DNA of 59,634 nucleotides, counting the filler, from Asterionella formosa (lineage: Eukaryota): NCBI GenBank assembly GCA_002256025.1. It is 11 parts of 11 records of this genome, joined end to end, with 100 filler letters (N's around TTAATTAATTAA, not from the genome) between each part and the next. Parts side by side here need not be neighbours in the genome. Positions count along the whole stretch, not along the records: positions 32,623 to 37,948 come from NKIB01013116.1; positions 38,049 to 43,371 come from NKIB01013117.1; positions 43,472 to 48,793 come from NKIB01013118.1; 8 more parts are not named here. One strand, written 5' to 3'. Shown piece by piece: positions 34,778 through 45,886 of the stretch (position 1 is the first letter of the stretch; each line of letters opens with the position of its first letter). The notes under the pieces were generated by a model. That model saw only the letters and a list, made by a program, of their open reading frames with translations, was not told the DNA's origin and ran no database searches. Both the position numbers and the translations under genes were made by a program.

Positions 34778-37244
34778 TCAACGTTCGCTTGTTAGTTTTT
34801 TGTCCCACCCGATTGATTTCCATAAATTACGCGGAGGCATGGCAACATAATAATTATCTTTCCGTATCTGTTCCAAAACTTCTTGCGGTTTCAGAGATTT
34901 CCTTGATTCCTGCGGTTTCAAAGCAAGAACAACAAATGCTGCCAAAAGTATGTTATGAAATTCAACAACGCTCAATTCAGTTGTATCATTGCATAAGGTG
35001 TCTCCTCTTGCAAAAAACATACATACGTTTATGAATTTTCATTTCAGTTGAACTTTTCAAGGAACAACTACACGCTAAGAGAATGGTTGTTGAGTTGGAG
35101 AAAATAACATTTCCCCAAAGAAGTAGTTTTGCAGGAACTGTGTAGGAACTTGATCCATCTCCCTTCTCCCAGTTCACTTCGACCCAGTCAAACCATTCAC
35201 GACCAGAGATTCCTGCCTTTGAATCATTATTCCATTTCGGATGGCATCTGAAAAAAGTAGTTTGGCCGGGAACGATACTTTCAATTTTAACATGATAATA
35301 AAAGTCAATCCTTACAATGGAAACAGGCCTAATCCCATCTTCAAGACTTTTGATTCTTGCTATTTCTATTGCTGAATTCGCAATGCTCTTTACATAGTTG
35401 GCCCCCTTCGGTAAATCAGGATGAACCAATTGAGACAAGGGTGCATCCTTACTCCGTGATACAGCCATGCCCAATCTTATTAGGGACACCTGCTATAGTC
35501 CATAGACCATTTGATGATGAAGTAGAAAATTGAACTTTAACAGGAAGGGCTGGTGAATGGATTTTGGTAGGCGATATTCCCAAATTTTCAGACGACCTAC
35601 TAGGCAACATCATTGTATCCGGAATTATTCCTTCGAAATCAATTTCTGTTGAAGTACCCTCATTTACATTGATGGTATTTTCTCTACTCATCTTCTTTTG
35701 CTTGTTTTCTGTATGTAATGAATCACTTACAAAAACAATTTTTCGTGCCAAGGCAAACTGCCTTGTTTCATATGACCTTATTAAAATGTCATGCTTTAAT
35801 CTATGTAATTGTCCATTCACACGCTTACTGGGTCGTTTCAATTTGTCTTTCAAAAAAGACTCCAAATATCCACCAAAGAAATTAAGAGGAGATCCGAACT
35901 TCCTAATGAGATGAGGGTAATGTTTCATTCCATGAAAATTTGCCATTCGTAAGCCAATTTGAGATAACATTTCCCGTTGAGGACCAATCATAATCTTAGT
36001 AGCTGACATAAATCTCTTCACCCTTTCCTCTAAAAAATCAATACATGTTGATTTATATTGTGGTATGAATAAAGTGTCATTGATAGATATACATAACCAT
36101 AACAGCAATGTGAAATCCTTTTCTAGGTGCATGTTCTCTGAACCCATCATTCCACCCATTGAAAAAATAGTTAACAGACATAATCCGGAAATTTCTTGCC
36201 CTGACATTTTCGACAAAGCTGTCATCCCAGATCTGTATGACAATTTTGGAATATCACGATCGCTTTGCCTTTCCAAATGACTATTGATATATCTAGCACT
36301 TTGTTCGAAGTATAGTTTCGAAAATACATTTCTGGTGCTGGTACAAGTGTTGGGTTTTGATTTTTGCCAGTGTAGCTAGATATTTTTGGTAACTGGTTCG
36401 TGTGCTGTCCTTTTTGGTCTTTGCCCATTTCATCGGTTGCTCTTGATCAAGAAAAGCAGAGTCTGTTGTTTCAGTGTTACGTTTATGATCGGAGATGTTT
36501 TCTGGAATATCTGAAGATTTTCTTTCTTTAAAAAGACATGTCCATTCTTCAGTGATAGTCCGATAATTGTACAAAGATTCCAAAATGTACTTAAATATTC
36601 CAAGTAGTAATTGATGAAGAACCTCAAATGGAGTTGCACCAAATAATCCTTCTCAGTCACAACCAAAAAAATGATTTATTAGTGCAGGCATAATAGGATT
36701 ATGCGATATAACATGGCACCACTCGGTTGCTGTTGCGTATTTGCCATTAGATTGGGAGACACAATGATACTCAGGTGATATACATGGTAATCTTCCATCG
36801 GGATCTGCATTTTTGTCAAGAAATTTGTTTAAAAACATTTTAACATCTGACCCTTTATGACGTTCACATCCAATATCAGGATTATCAGCATCCTCAGTTG
36901 AAACCAGGCAATCACGACAAACATATCGTCGATATAATCCATTAGCACCCCTGAAGCCACAAATTTTATTGTGTTCTTCTGTATCACCAATGATCATTCC
37001 AATCTGGAAATAAACTTTTGTCATACCAAGACCATGAACTCAAATATCGTATGACTTGTTTGGATCTTCGAAAGGCGACAATAGAAATCCTGTAACGGAA
37101 TGATATAATTTGAGTCTACATAAGAACAAGTTGTCACCAGATAACTTATTATTCATTTGTTTCTCTAGATCACTGACTTCAATGTCTGGCAAAAGAGATA
37201 CTAATTGCCATCCATCAACTTTTTTCTTCCTTCTAACGTTAAGT
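34778..37244 (-). mobile_element. Plavaka-type (CMC/EnSpm-related) transposase pseudogene
   Basis: IIGDTEEHNKICG..VCRDC; RQSDRDIP..GMTALSKMSGQE; FHGMKHYPHLIRKFGSPLNF.GGYLES..K.KLKRP; FRCHP..WFDWVEVNW..PAKL, over several frames. Confidence 0.8.
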
Positions 37245-37769
37245 TTAACATCCTCTACCAAGGTACCTGAATGCTCCTAAGACCATAAGTTCAAGGGGTG
37301 ATGATGCCCTTCCTGTTGCATCAGATCGAGTCCCGCGAGGAAACCAATTTGAATCTCTAGCATCAACAACAAATTGGAGGAACTGGTTGTGTGCTAGTCG
37401 AAATCTGCGGCGGAATTTCTTTTGAAATGACAATGATTCAACTGCTGGTCTGGAAATGTATAGTATATACCAGTTTGACATCACAGGAGTTATCAATTGA
37501 ATTAGCCCTTCGTCATTGATGTATTCACAGACCTTGTTCTTTCCTCTCACTCTAACTCTTGGGGGTAGAGGCACATTGTTACGACCTTGTATTTCTGGAG
37601 TGGGCATGAGTAGGGTTCTTCCGAAATCAGAGAAAAACTGAAGATACTGGAAGTATTTCTCTGGCTCTACCTCACCATTAGCATCTAGACATTGTACAAT
37701 GTTATGTGGGCAATGGTCACATCATGAATCCATTTGTGCCATGTTGGTGAAATGTGGGTTTGATGACAT
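37245..37769 (-). mobile_element. N-terminal fragment of a PIF/Harbinger (DDE_Tnp_4-type) transposase
   Basis: KFRRRFRL..F..WF..DATG..PLELMVLGAFRYLGRG, truncated at 37245. In-frame ATG at 37769 with an internal TGA at 37722-37724. Confidence 0.75.
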
Positions 37770-37796
37770 GTTGATTGTGGTGAAATCCGAGATGAT

Positions 37797-37948
37797 TTGT
37801 TGTTGTTGTTATTGTTGTTATTGTTGTTATTGTTGTTATTGTTGTTATTGTTGTTATTGTTGTTATTGTTGTTATTGTTGTTATTGTTGTTATTGTTGTT
37901 GTTATTGTTGTTGTTGTTATTGTTGTTGTTGTTGTTGTTGTTGTTGTT
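37797..37948 (-). repeat. Compound microsatellite (GTT)n/(GTTGTTATT)n, inverted relative to 32632-32870
   Basis: Read directly. Confidence 0.97.
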
Positions 37949-38048
37949 NNNNNNNNNNNNNNNNNNNNNNNNNNNNNNNNNNNNNNNNNNNNTTAATTAA
38001 TTAANNNNNNNNNNNNNNNNNNNNNNNNNNNNNNNNNNNNNNNNNNNN
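37949..38048. other. Artificial contig linker
   Basis: N44-TTAATTAATTAA-N44. Confidence 0.98.
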
Positions 38049-39849
38049 AGAGTGTTTCGAGACCATTATCTCGAAACAATCCAGTTAGTAAAGTGAAAGT
38101 TTAAGTTTGACAACTTCCTCGTTGCTATCAATTTCATCAACTGTATTCGATTAACACAGTACTAGGTTCAAGGCCTACGATACGGTCGAATACGGTAGTT
38201 GTTACAACAGGAGCAACATGAAGGCACGAAATGATGGTTTTCTTTAAGTCAATGGCAATTCCACTATTTACATCCCTGCTATCTTCCAGCATGCTCAGAT
38301 GTATACAAAATCTGGTCATTGATGTCTCAAGTACTGACTCATCATCAAATGGATCTGGCTGGTTGTTGGATAATTCGACTTCTCATATGATTCCTATTGT
38401 TGCATCATGCTTGCTTCATCACAGTGGTGCCAAAATTTCGGTTCCCCTTTCTGTTGATTTTCGATAGCCTTTCCTGTCAATTCCTTTGCTAGATTTGATA
38501 TGTAGTGATAAATAAATTAATGATTGTTCAGAAGCGACCTCAATCAGTTGTTGGGTATCAAAACTTGAAACGTTATGGTAGGTCAAAGTTAGGCTTCCAT
38601 CTCGTCATTGAACCGGTATTTTCGTCAGATATGATCAGCCGTTAAATTTTAACTATATTTTTGTAGTACTACGTGTTCTACACTATCTCAAATCAGATCT
38701 CGGCAGCAAGTTTTAGTGCTCATGTGTTGACTTTTTCCCGCTGCTCTACAATAGTATTGTTTCATTGCTTTCTAATCACAATATTTCTTTTGTTACTTCT
38801 GCATAATCTTCTAAAATGACAACGAAAAGTCATCAATCTCAATGAGCTATCGGAAACTCCGCAAAGCAGCCGCCGGAACATGATGGAACCGGTGTTCTGC
38901 ATTAACTCGTATTCAACAAGGAAGAGAGGACATGTATGTGCTTGTTGATTGTTGTTGTCATGTTTGAGTTCCCGCCATGGTCGAGTTTACTAATTATGAA
39001 ACATATTTCTTCCTCTTCAGAATCTTGATGAAGGCTATTGTCATGTTACTCCTCCACTTCCTGACAATGCAACAAATCAGTATCCACTGGTCAAACCAGC
39101 TTGTCCAATGAGGTGAAATATGTTGCCAGTTGATTGTTGTTTTCACGAGGTGTAATAAACACACACTACCATTATTCTTTTCCTGTTTCCCAAAGCTAGC
39201 AAGACACTTTTATCCAAACTTGCACGAATATTGCAAAAAACCTACTAAAACCTGTCCTCCTCAATTTTCCAAGCCACAAACGCCCACATCAGCCAGTAAA
39301 TTTTCGATGCATCCTGCTCGTCCTCCTGCCGGATACTACCAGAAGTCTGCACCGCCAGCACCAAACCTCCACTATCAAGCTGTTGCTCCTCCAACACCTC
39401 CGCAACCACAAGTCTGAATCAATACAGAAACCAGCACTGCCTCTAAATCCATTCAGGCATTGGTTTCTGTTCCTCCAGGCCCAATCTGAACATTTCTGAA
39501 ATTTTTGTCATTGCAACGACAAAAAAGTGAGTTGACAATTGTTAATGAAAATGCGTTGACAAATTTTCACATGATTTTTCCGCTGACCCATTTTCTTTTT
39601 CACTTTTTATTCTACTCCCTGTTTGTCATTTTCACGTCTTGCTTTTCGATTTCCGTTTCATACTTTGGTTGCTTAACAACATTGTGTCGAATTTTCGATG
39701 CTTGTTACAATCATTCTTGTGTGACAATTTTTCATGCATATACTGGTACAGTATATTCGGTGGTGCATTTTTGATGTGTCCGAACTTTTTCCCATGAAAA
39801 TTCTACTCCTGACGTTGCTCGATGGTCCCTCCTGCTCAAACCTAAAATT

Positions 39850-39981
39850 GACCACTGCCGAAAAATCCACTGTGCCCCATATTGCCCCTAAATAAAAGAA
39901 TTACTTAAAGGAAAATCAAAAATTACTTAGACACCCACAGTTCTCATCGAAAAGCAAGACGATAGCTAGGGTGGGATTGCC
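39850..39981 (-). mobile_element. Second copy of dispersed repeat family B
   Basis: Homologous to 32277-32410 in opposite orientation. Confidence 0.7.
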
Positions 39982-40289
39982 GGTGTATGATTTATGTCCT
40001 ATGTATGCGGTACAATAAACCGGTATATGGCATGAAAATACACCCGTCACGTATTCTGGTGTTTCTGGTGCATAACTATGATGCATCTTTGAACCAAACA
40101 AAGTGTTTATGTAATTGTTCACACACAAATATAAAGCAACTGTTTACAGGTATGGAAAAAATATCATATACCATGGCTGTCACATGACTTGTGTGCAAGT
40201 CACAATCAATATTACGTCTTCATGAGGATTGATCGAAGGAGCCAACCATAAGAACCTCACAAGCAATTTTGAACAAAAAGAGGAGTGCA

Positions 40290-41264
40290 ATGAAGCTACT
40301 CTTTCCAGCAAGTAAAACCGATGAAGAGAGTCAAGCGCAACATCAATGCACACCATCACCGCCACGGAATTGCCCTGGATATCCCCCGGCGCTGATACCA
40401 ACCGACTTCACAGAGGAGGAACAAATTGATTTTTACCTACCAAACGGCAATGAAAGACTTGCTTGCAGCCTCCTACTGTGTCTCCAAGGAAATCGTAAAG
40501 CATGGTCCTATGTGCCTTCTATTGGTGTTCACGTCGACTCGACCAAGCCAGTAATCGTCATCTGTCACGGTTTCATGAGTTGGAGGAATCAAATGCTATT
40601 AACTCATATAGCAGGTGGACTATGCAAAAAAATGAATTGCCACACTTTAAGATTTGACTTCACCGGAAACGGTCATTCCTCTGGAGCTTGGCGATATGGA
40701 AATTTTGGCCAAGAAGCAAACGATCTCAACACTGTCATTGAGTTTGCCAACCAGGAAATGAAGTGTAATATTGCTTGCGTTGTTGGACACTCCAAGGCAA
40801 CTTACGCTGTCCTTCGCATAGCTTTGCAACAAGAGGCCACACAAGTGTCAAAAATCCCATCGTTTTGTATCCTGTCTGGGCGATATTCGCTTCCTGGAGA
40901 GTTTGACACGAGGCAGAGGTTTTCAGAGGCTCAACTGAAGGAATTTGAATGCCAGGGCAAAGTAATTATAGGCATTAGAGGAAGTCGAAGGTTTGAAATC
41001 TTCCAGCGAGATATTGACGAGCGAGCTGAGTTAGATTCAAGCAAATGCAAAGATATTGAGAGCTCTGTTGTGCTGATTGTCCATGGCGACGCCGACATGA
41101 CTGTCAATGTGTCGAGCGCAACAAGGTTTAAGGAAAGTATACCTAACAGTGAAATTTATATCGTAAAAGGTGCTGATCATTCTTTCAATGGACTGCGTCA
41201 CATGCAGGAGTTGGTGTCAATTATTTCTGCCTTTGTGAATAAGGCTGCGTCTGACCGGTGTTGA
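40290..41264 (+). CDS. Alpha/beta-fold serine hydrolase
   Basis: VICHGF, RFDFTGNGHSSG, nucleophile elbow GHSKA, HGDADMTV (Asp), GADHSF (His); intronless; first ATG at 40290. Confidence 0.9.
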   Translation: MKLLFPASKTDEESQAQHQCTPSPPRNCPGYPPALIPTDFTEEEQIDFYLPNGNERLACSLLLCLQGNRKAWSYVPSIGVHVDSTKPVIVICHGFMSWRNQMLLTHIAGGLCKKMNCHTLRFDFTGNGHSSGAWRYGNFGQEANDLNTVIEFANQEMKCNIACVVGHSKATYAVLRIALQQEATQVSKIPSFCILSGRYSLPGEFDTRQRFSEAQLKEFECQGKVIIGIRGSRRFEIFQRDIDERAELDSSKCKDIESSVVLIVHGDADMTVNVSSATRFKESIPNSEIYIVKGADHSFNGLRHMQELVSIISAFVNKAASDRC

Positions 41265-41928
41265 TGTACCATTGGTCTATGGTCTCTCCATACAATATTC
41301 TCTTGCTTCCATTCCCACGCAAACCATTAGTCCTATGTGATCATCCCAAGGATTGAAAACAGTTCAGATAACTTGAGTAATTCAAGTGAGCGCATTCATT
41401 TAAGGAGTAGCAATTTTTCAGCAAGTCATTTTTTAATACATAAAAATTCTTTTATTTCTACCTCAAAAGTTAGATGCCTGCTGATGAATCAGTTCGATTG
41501 GCATCCAATGCATTTGTTATGGTAAGTTTAATGATGGGTATCACCATATCAGCATTGGGTACCCTGATACTCTGAATACTATTATTGATATATACCGGTA
41601 TGTACCCCAGCCGATTTTATAGCCAATAAATATTCCAGTTGTCTGGAGCCAGTAGTCTCCCTGTACCTAGTGAAGCATCTAACTAGAAGTAGTAGTATTT
41701 ATTGAATATATGAGTTTAATATTTAATCTTGATATGCAACTCATTCTCTTAGTTGATGTATACAATACGTGTTAGTTGAGTTCTGATACATATGATATAA
41801 CACTAACACTATATACATCTGTATTGATGTGTGGGATTGCTCACTCTCCCACACTAAGGTAAAAACTTTTACCGATGAAAAGGTTTGATACGAAGAATAT
41901 TAATTTGTTCTTTAATATGCACACAGCA

Positions 41929-42280
41929 TACTTCACTGTACTGGACCCCCTGTACATTTTTTCGAGGTGGCACCAAAAACCCAATATTTTCTAGACAAAG
42001 ACAAAGTAATGTGCTATGATTCTGATTTTTGTGGCGGAAATTGAATGACACTAACATTATAAACTACTGGAAACACCGGTACTACCAACGCATACTATTT
42101 ATTAATCATGTCAACAACAAGATCAACAACAATCAATGGCCACCAAGATGGGGATGAGTTGCTTGGACAGAATGCTTTCAACAATGGGCGCTCGTGTGAG
42201 CAACATGAATGCTGTGGGAAGGTGATTCAGGCTGATGATGTGATCATGTTCAAGAACACTTTTTTGCTATGTATAAAAGC
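41929..42280 (+). mobile_element. Family A transposon end followed by a truncated Cys/His accessory ORF
   Basis: 41929-42070 is homologous to 27189-27357. The ORF at 42108 has NGRSCEQHECCGKV..DDVIMF, recalled as a transposon-associated HIRAN-like ORF (unverified). Confidence 0.55.
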
Positions 42281-43371
42281 GAGCATAATAAAGCCTATAT
42301 CAGTACAATTACAGAGCAGCAAGAAATCTGCTGGCAGTGCAGCAACGAAGGTTTCCGGGTTTCCTTTCGGGAAAATTCTCCTAAAAGCCGCTGTCACCAT
42401 GACAAAAGCTCAATCGAACGCCAGCGGCCAAAAAAGTACTGGTAAACAGCAAGCAACATCGTCTAAAACAAAATGCGCATCTAAAGGAGTGAAAGGAAGC
42501 GCAGCAATCACAAGAAAATGCGAAAGGTAGCTCACATCACTGGATCTAACTACGATTGGGATGATGTTGAATTTGCAATAAAACATTCTCTCTGCACAAG
42601 AACAAGATCCGGAGTTCGTTTCCATTCTCAAGGAGGGAAAGCGGGCAAAACATTCAGTATTCCAAGCAACAACTCCGGTCACATGGAAATCCACCTAACG
42701 GAGCTGGTTGACTATCCGGAAGCGCAAATGGAAGAAAGTCAGTCTATTGAAGTAACAATGCCACCACCATCTCAGATATCCTCACCTCGTGAATCCAAAC
42801 CCACTAGACCATCAAACACTCCTGCACTATCAATCAACGATTCCGCAATTGGATTAACCATGCTTCAGTGGAAAATGAAAGTTTGCGCAACAGTTAAAAC
42901 GACGAAAACAATGAAATAAAATTAGAAGGATTTCTGTCTTCACATCAACGAACTGTTAAGCAAGATGCTCTCAGGAGATCCAGCAATCAGGTTGTTTCCA
43001 TGGGTGAAACAACCAACGATATTTCGATCCATAACTTGTTATCAGGAATGTCAGAGGAGCTTCTCAAGCAATGGCAACGCGGTAAAAGCGAGCAGGCGAT
43101 CTTCTATTACCAACAACAAAGCAACTTCTACTTACCAGATACCATGACACCATGATGTGTGGCAACGCTGCAGTACCAGTTGCAACTGTAATGGCACCAC
43201 TTCCTCATCCTTTGGTTGCTCCTATTATACAACAAGATTTGATGGGAGGACCACCAGTCTAAGAACAATTCCACAACTACTACGAAAAGAATTCAAGGAG
43301 TCTTTGATAGAACAGACAAGGTAAAATGGAAATACCACCAATCTAAGAAGAATTCAACTACTGCAAAAAAA

Positions 43372-43471
43372 NNNNNNNNNNNNNNNNNNNNNNNNNNNNN
43401 NNNNNNNNNNNNNNNTTAATTAATTAANNNNNNNNNNNNNNNNNNNNNNNNNNNNNNNNNNNNNNNNNNNN
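43372..43471. other. Artificial contig linker
   Basis: N44-TTAATTAATTAA-N44. Confidence 0.98.
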
Positions 43472-43943
43472 TCTCAAGGTCAATACTGTCTTGACTGAAG
43501 TTTATCTCGATAATAATTCAATTGATGTTGACGGAGCCAAGGCCATTGCAGAGGCTCTCAAGGTCAATAATGTCTTGACTAGACTTACTCTCTGTAGTAA
43601 TACAATTGGTAATGACGGAGCCAAGGCCATTGCAGAAGCTCTCAAGGTCAATACTACACTTTCTCTCGAAAGTAATTCAGTTGGTGTTGACGGAGCCAAG
43701 ACCATTGCAAAGGCACTCAAGGACAATACTGTCCTGACTACACTTCAACTCAATAATAATTCAATTGGGGTTGACGGTGCCAAGACCATTGCAGAGGCAC
43801 TCAAGGACAATACTGTCATGACTACACTTAAACTCAATAATAATTCACTTGGGGTTGACGGTGCCAAGACCATTGCAGAGGCTCTCAAGGACAATACTGT
43901 TTTGACTTCACTTTATCTCGGAGATTCTTCAGCTGATAGGTAG
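43472..43943 (+). CDS. RNI-like 28-aa LRR array, partial; paralog of 2986..4182
   Basis: Same 84-bp unit (GACGGAGCCAAGGCCATTGCAGAGGCTCTCAAGG..AATACTGTC); ends abruptly mid-repeat. Confidence 0.8.
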
Positions 43944-44008
43944 ATGATATTTGTGAATCATATACACAAAGCCCCTTTCAAAACCATATTTATTACTTTC
44001 ATGTATAC

Positions 44009-44393
44009 TAAGTGAAGGCAGATAGAAGCGAAATGCATATTGTTGTGTAAGCAGAACATGAACAACAGCTAACAATGAATTGCTTATCTTTGTTAGTAAG
44101 GCTGATTGGAACAACAAAAAGAAGTCAACAGTAATAGGAAAATTTGTGAATGCAAACTCAGATCAGTCAGGAGTAAATGGAACAAAGCATCAGTTACCTC
44201 CTCAATTTGTGGTAAGTGAAGGCAGATAGAAGTGAAATGCATATTGTTGTGTAAGCAGAACATGAACAACAGCTAACAATGAATTGCTTATCTTTGTTAG
44301 TATGGCTGATTGGAACAACAAAAAGAAGTCAACAGTAATAGAAAAATGTGTGAATGCAAACTCAGATCAGTCAGGAGTAAATGGAACAAAGCA
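44009..44393. repeat. Tandem duplication, 204-bp period
   Basis: 44009-44189 versus 44213-44393, few mismatches. Confidence 0.95.
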
Positions 44394-44883
44394 AGCACTG
44401 GAAAAACGGCAAGGCAACCAGTACAACAACCTTCAGAATTGGATTGGGGGGAATGAGGAACTGAAAGTGAAAGCTTAAGTACCAATCATTGTGATGAGAG
44501 CATTGTAGAACATTCTGTTGTACTAGCCACTCAAGATATAAAAACATAAAACCATTCTTAAATATAGTTCTAAATTTCGATTAATTTGGTTTTATTTTAG
44601 ACAGTGATATTGATGAGAATTACGATCATGCCAAGATAGATATGTGACAAAAGTATACACATTAAATGACCATGTTTAACTAATTTTATGATGCAATGGT
44701 ATTATAAATATGATGGATCCATCATACTTCAAGCTTGGTAAAAATTTACTGCATGATCATAATTATATGATACATTGATCATATTTTTGATCAAAAAACT
44801 ATCATATATTTATAAAATTCCTGTGCCACTTAGCATATGATACCCTTGATCCTATATATAATGATAGTTTTTATTTACAGACA

Positions 44884-45828
44884 GGACCAGCTTGGATATT
44901 AGGGGACAACCAAAATGTATTTTTCAACACCACGATACCCTGAAGTGAACCTAAAAAGAAACAAAATGCAATATCCTTCCATCTTGTGAGGGAGGGAATA
45001 GCAGGCTGAATTACTATGTTCAATCACATCAAGAGTGAACATAATTATGCTGATGTATTAACAAAACCATTGCCGGGAGCAAAATTTCACCCCTTGATCA
45101 AGGAATTATTGTTTTGGAACCCATAACATTCATGCAGCCATAAGGTTCAATGAATTCCAGCACGGCAATTTAGGTTCAAAACAAAACAATTTATTATATA
45201 TCAGCACTTGAAGTACTCCACAGTATGTATCAACTACCAACATTTCATTGAATAAATAAATATAATGACACATTTGAGTATGTATGATGACAGTATTCAT
45301 GAAAAGGCTGGATGCCACACAGAGATGACACATTAAAAGACAAGTTCAAAGTTCATAAATAAACAAAGGATCATCCCACATACATTAAATTCTCACGTAT
45401 AATGACATGAAAGGGAATATTATAGATATATTATGTATCGAGGATATCAGAACAGTTGGATAAGTTCCGATTATGAGAATTTGAGACATTGGACTACATA
45501 TGTTTGCATACCACGTCACTTCGGAGATTACGCATGCACTATTCATGTATGGAATCAGTATCACACTACAGGAAGAGAGGAATGGATTGACCATTGGAGA
45601 GCATACCACGTCAGTTTGGAGATTACGTATGCACTATTTACGTATGGAATCAGTATCACACTACAGGAAAAGAGGAATGGATTGGCCATTGGAGAGCATT
45701 TATATTTTTCACAGTTTCACATTCACAGTTTAAGTTTCCATTTTCCATTTTCCATTTTAATCTTTATTATCTGGTATTTGCCACTGAGGATATCGCAGCT
45801 AGCACCTTTTCTGTTTACTACTTCACAT
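44884..45828 (+). mobile_element. Ty1/copia RNase H C-terminal remnant with probable PPT and 3' LTR
   Basis: ILGDNQNV..KKKQNAISFHLVREG..NYADVLTKPL (44884-45126); purine tract GAAAGGGAA at about 45409; LTR-like region ending CTTCACA at about 45828 (LTR limits uncertain). Confidence 0.7.
45506..45699. repeat. Tandem duplication, 95-bp period
   Basis: GCATACCACGTCA..CCATTGGAGAGCAT starting at 45506 and 45601. Confidence 0.92.
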
Positions 45829-45886
45829 AATCTTGTCTTACTGTTACATTTATTTTGAGTGTTAAACATAATATTTCATCAGCATT

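Noticed and set aside
38049..39500. Fragmentary ORFs
   Set aside because: Many stops and no recognisable motifs.
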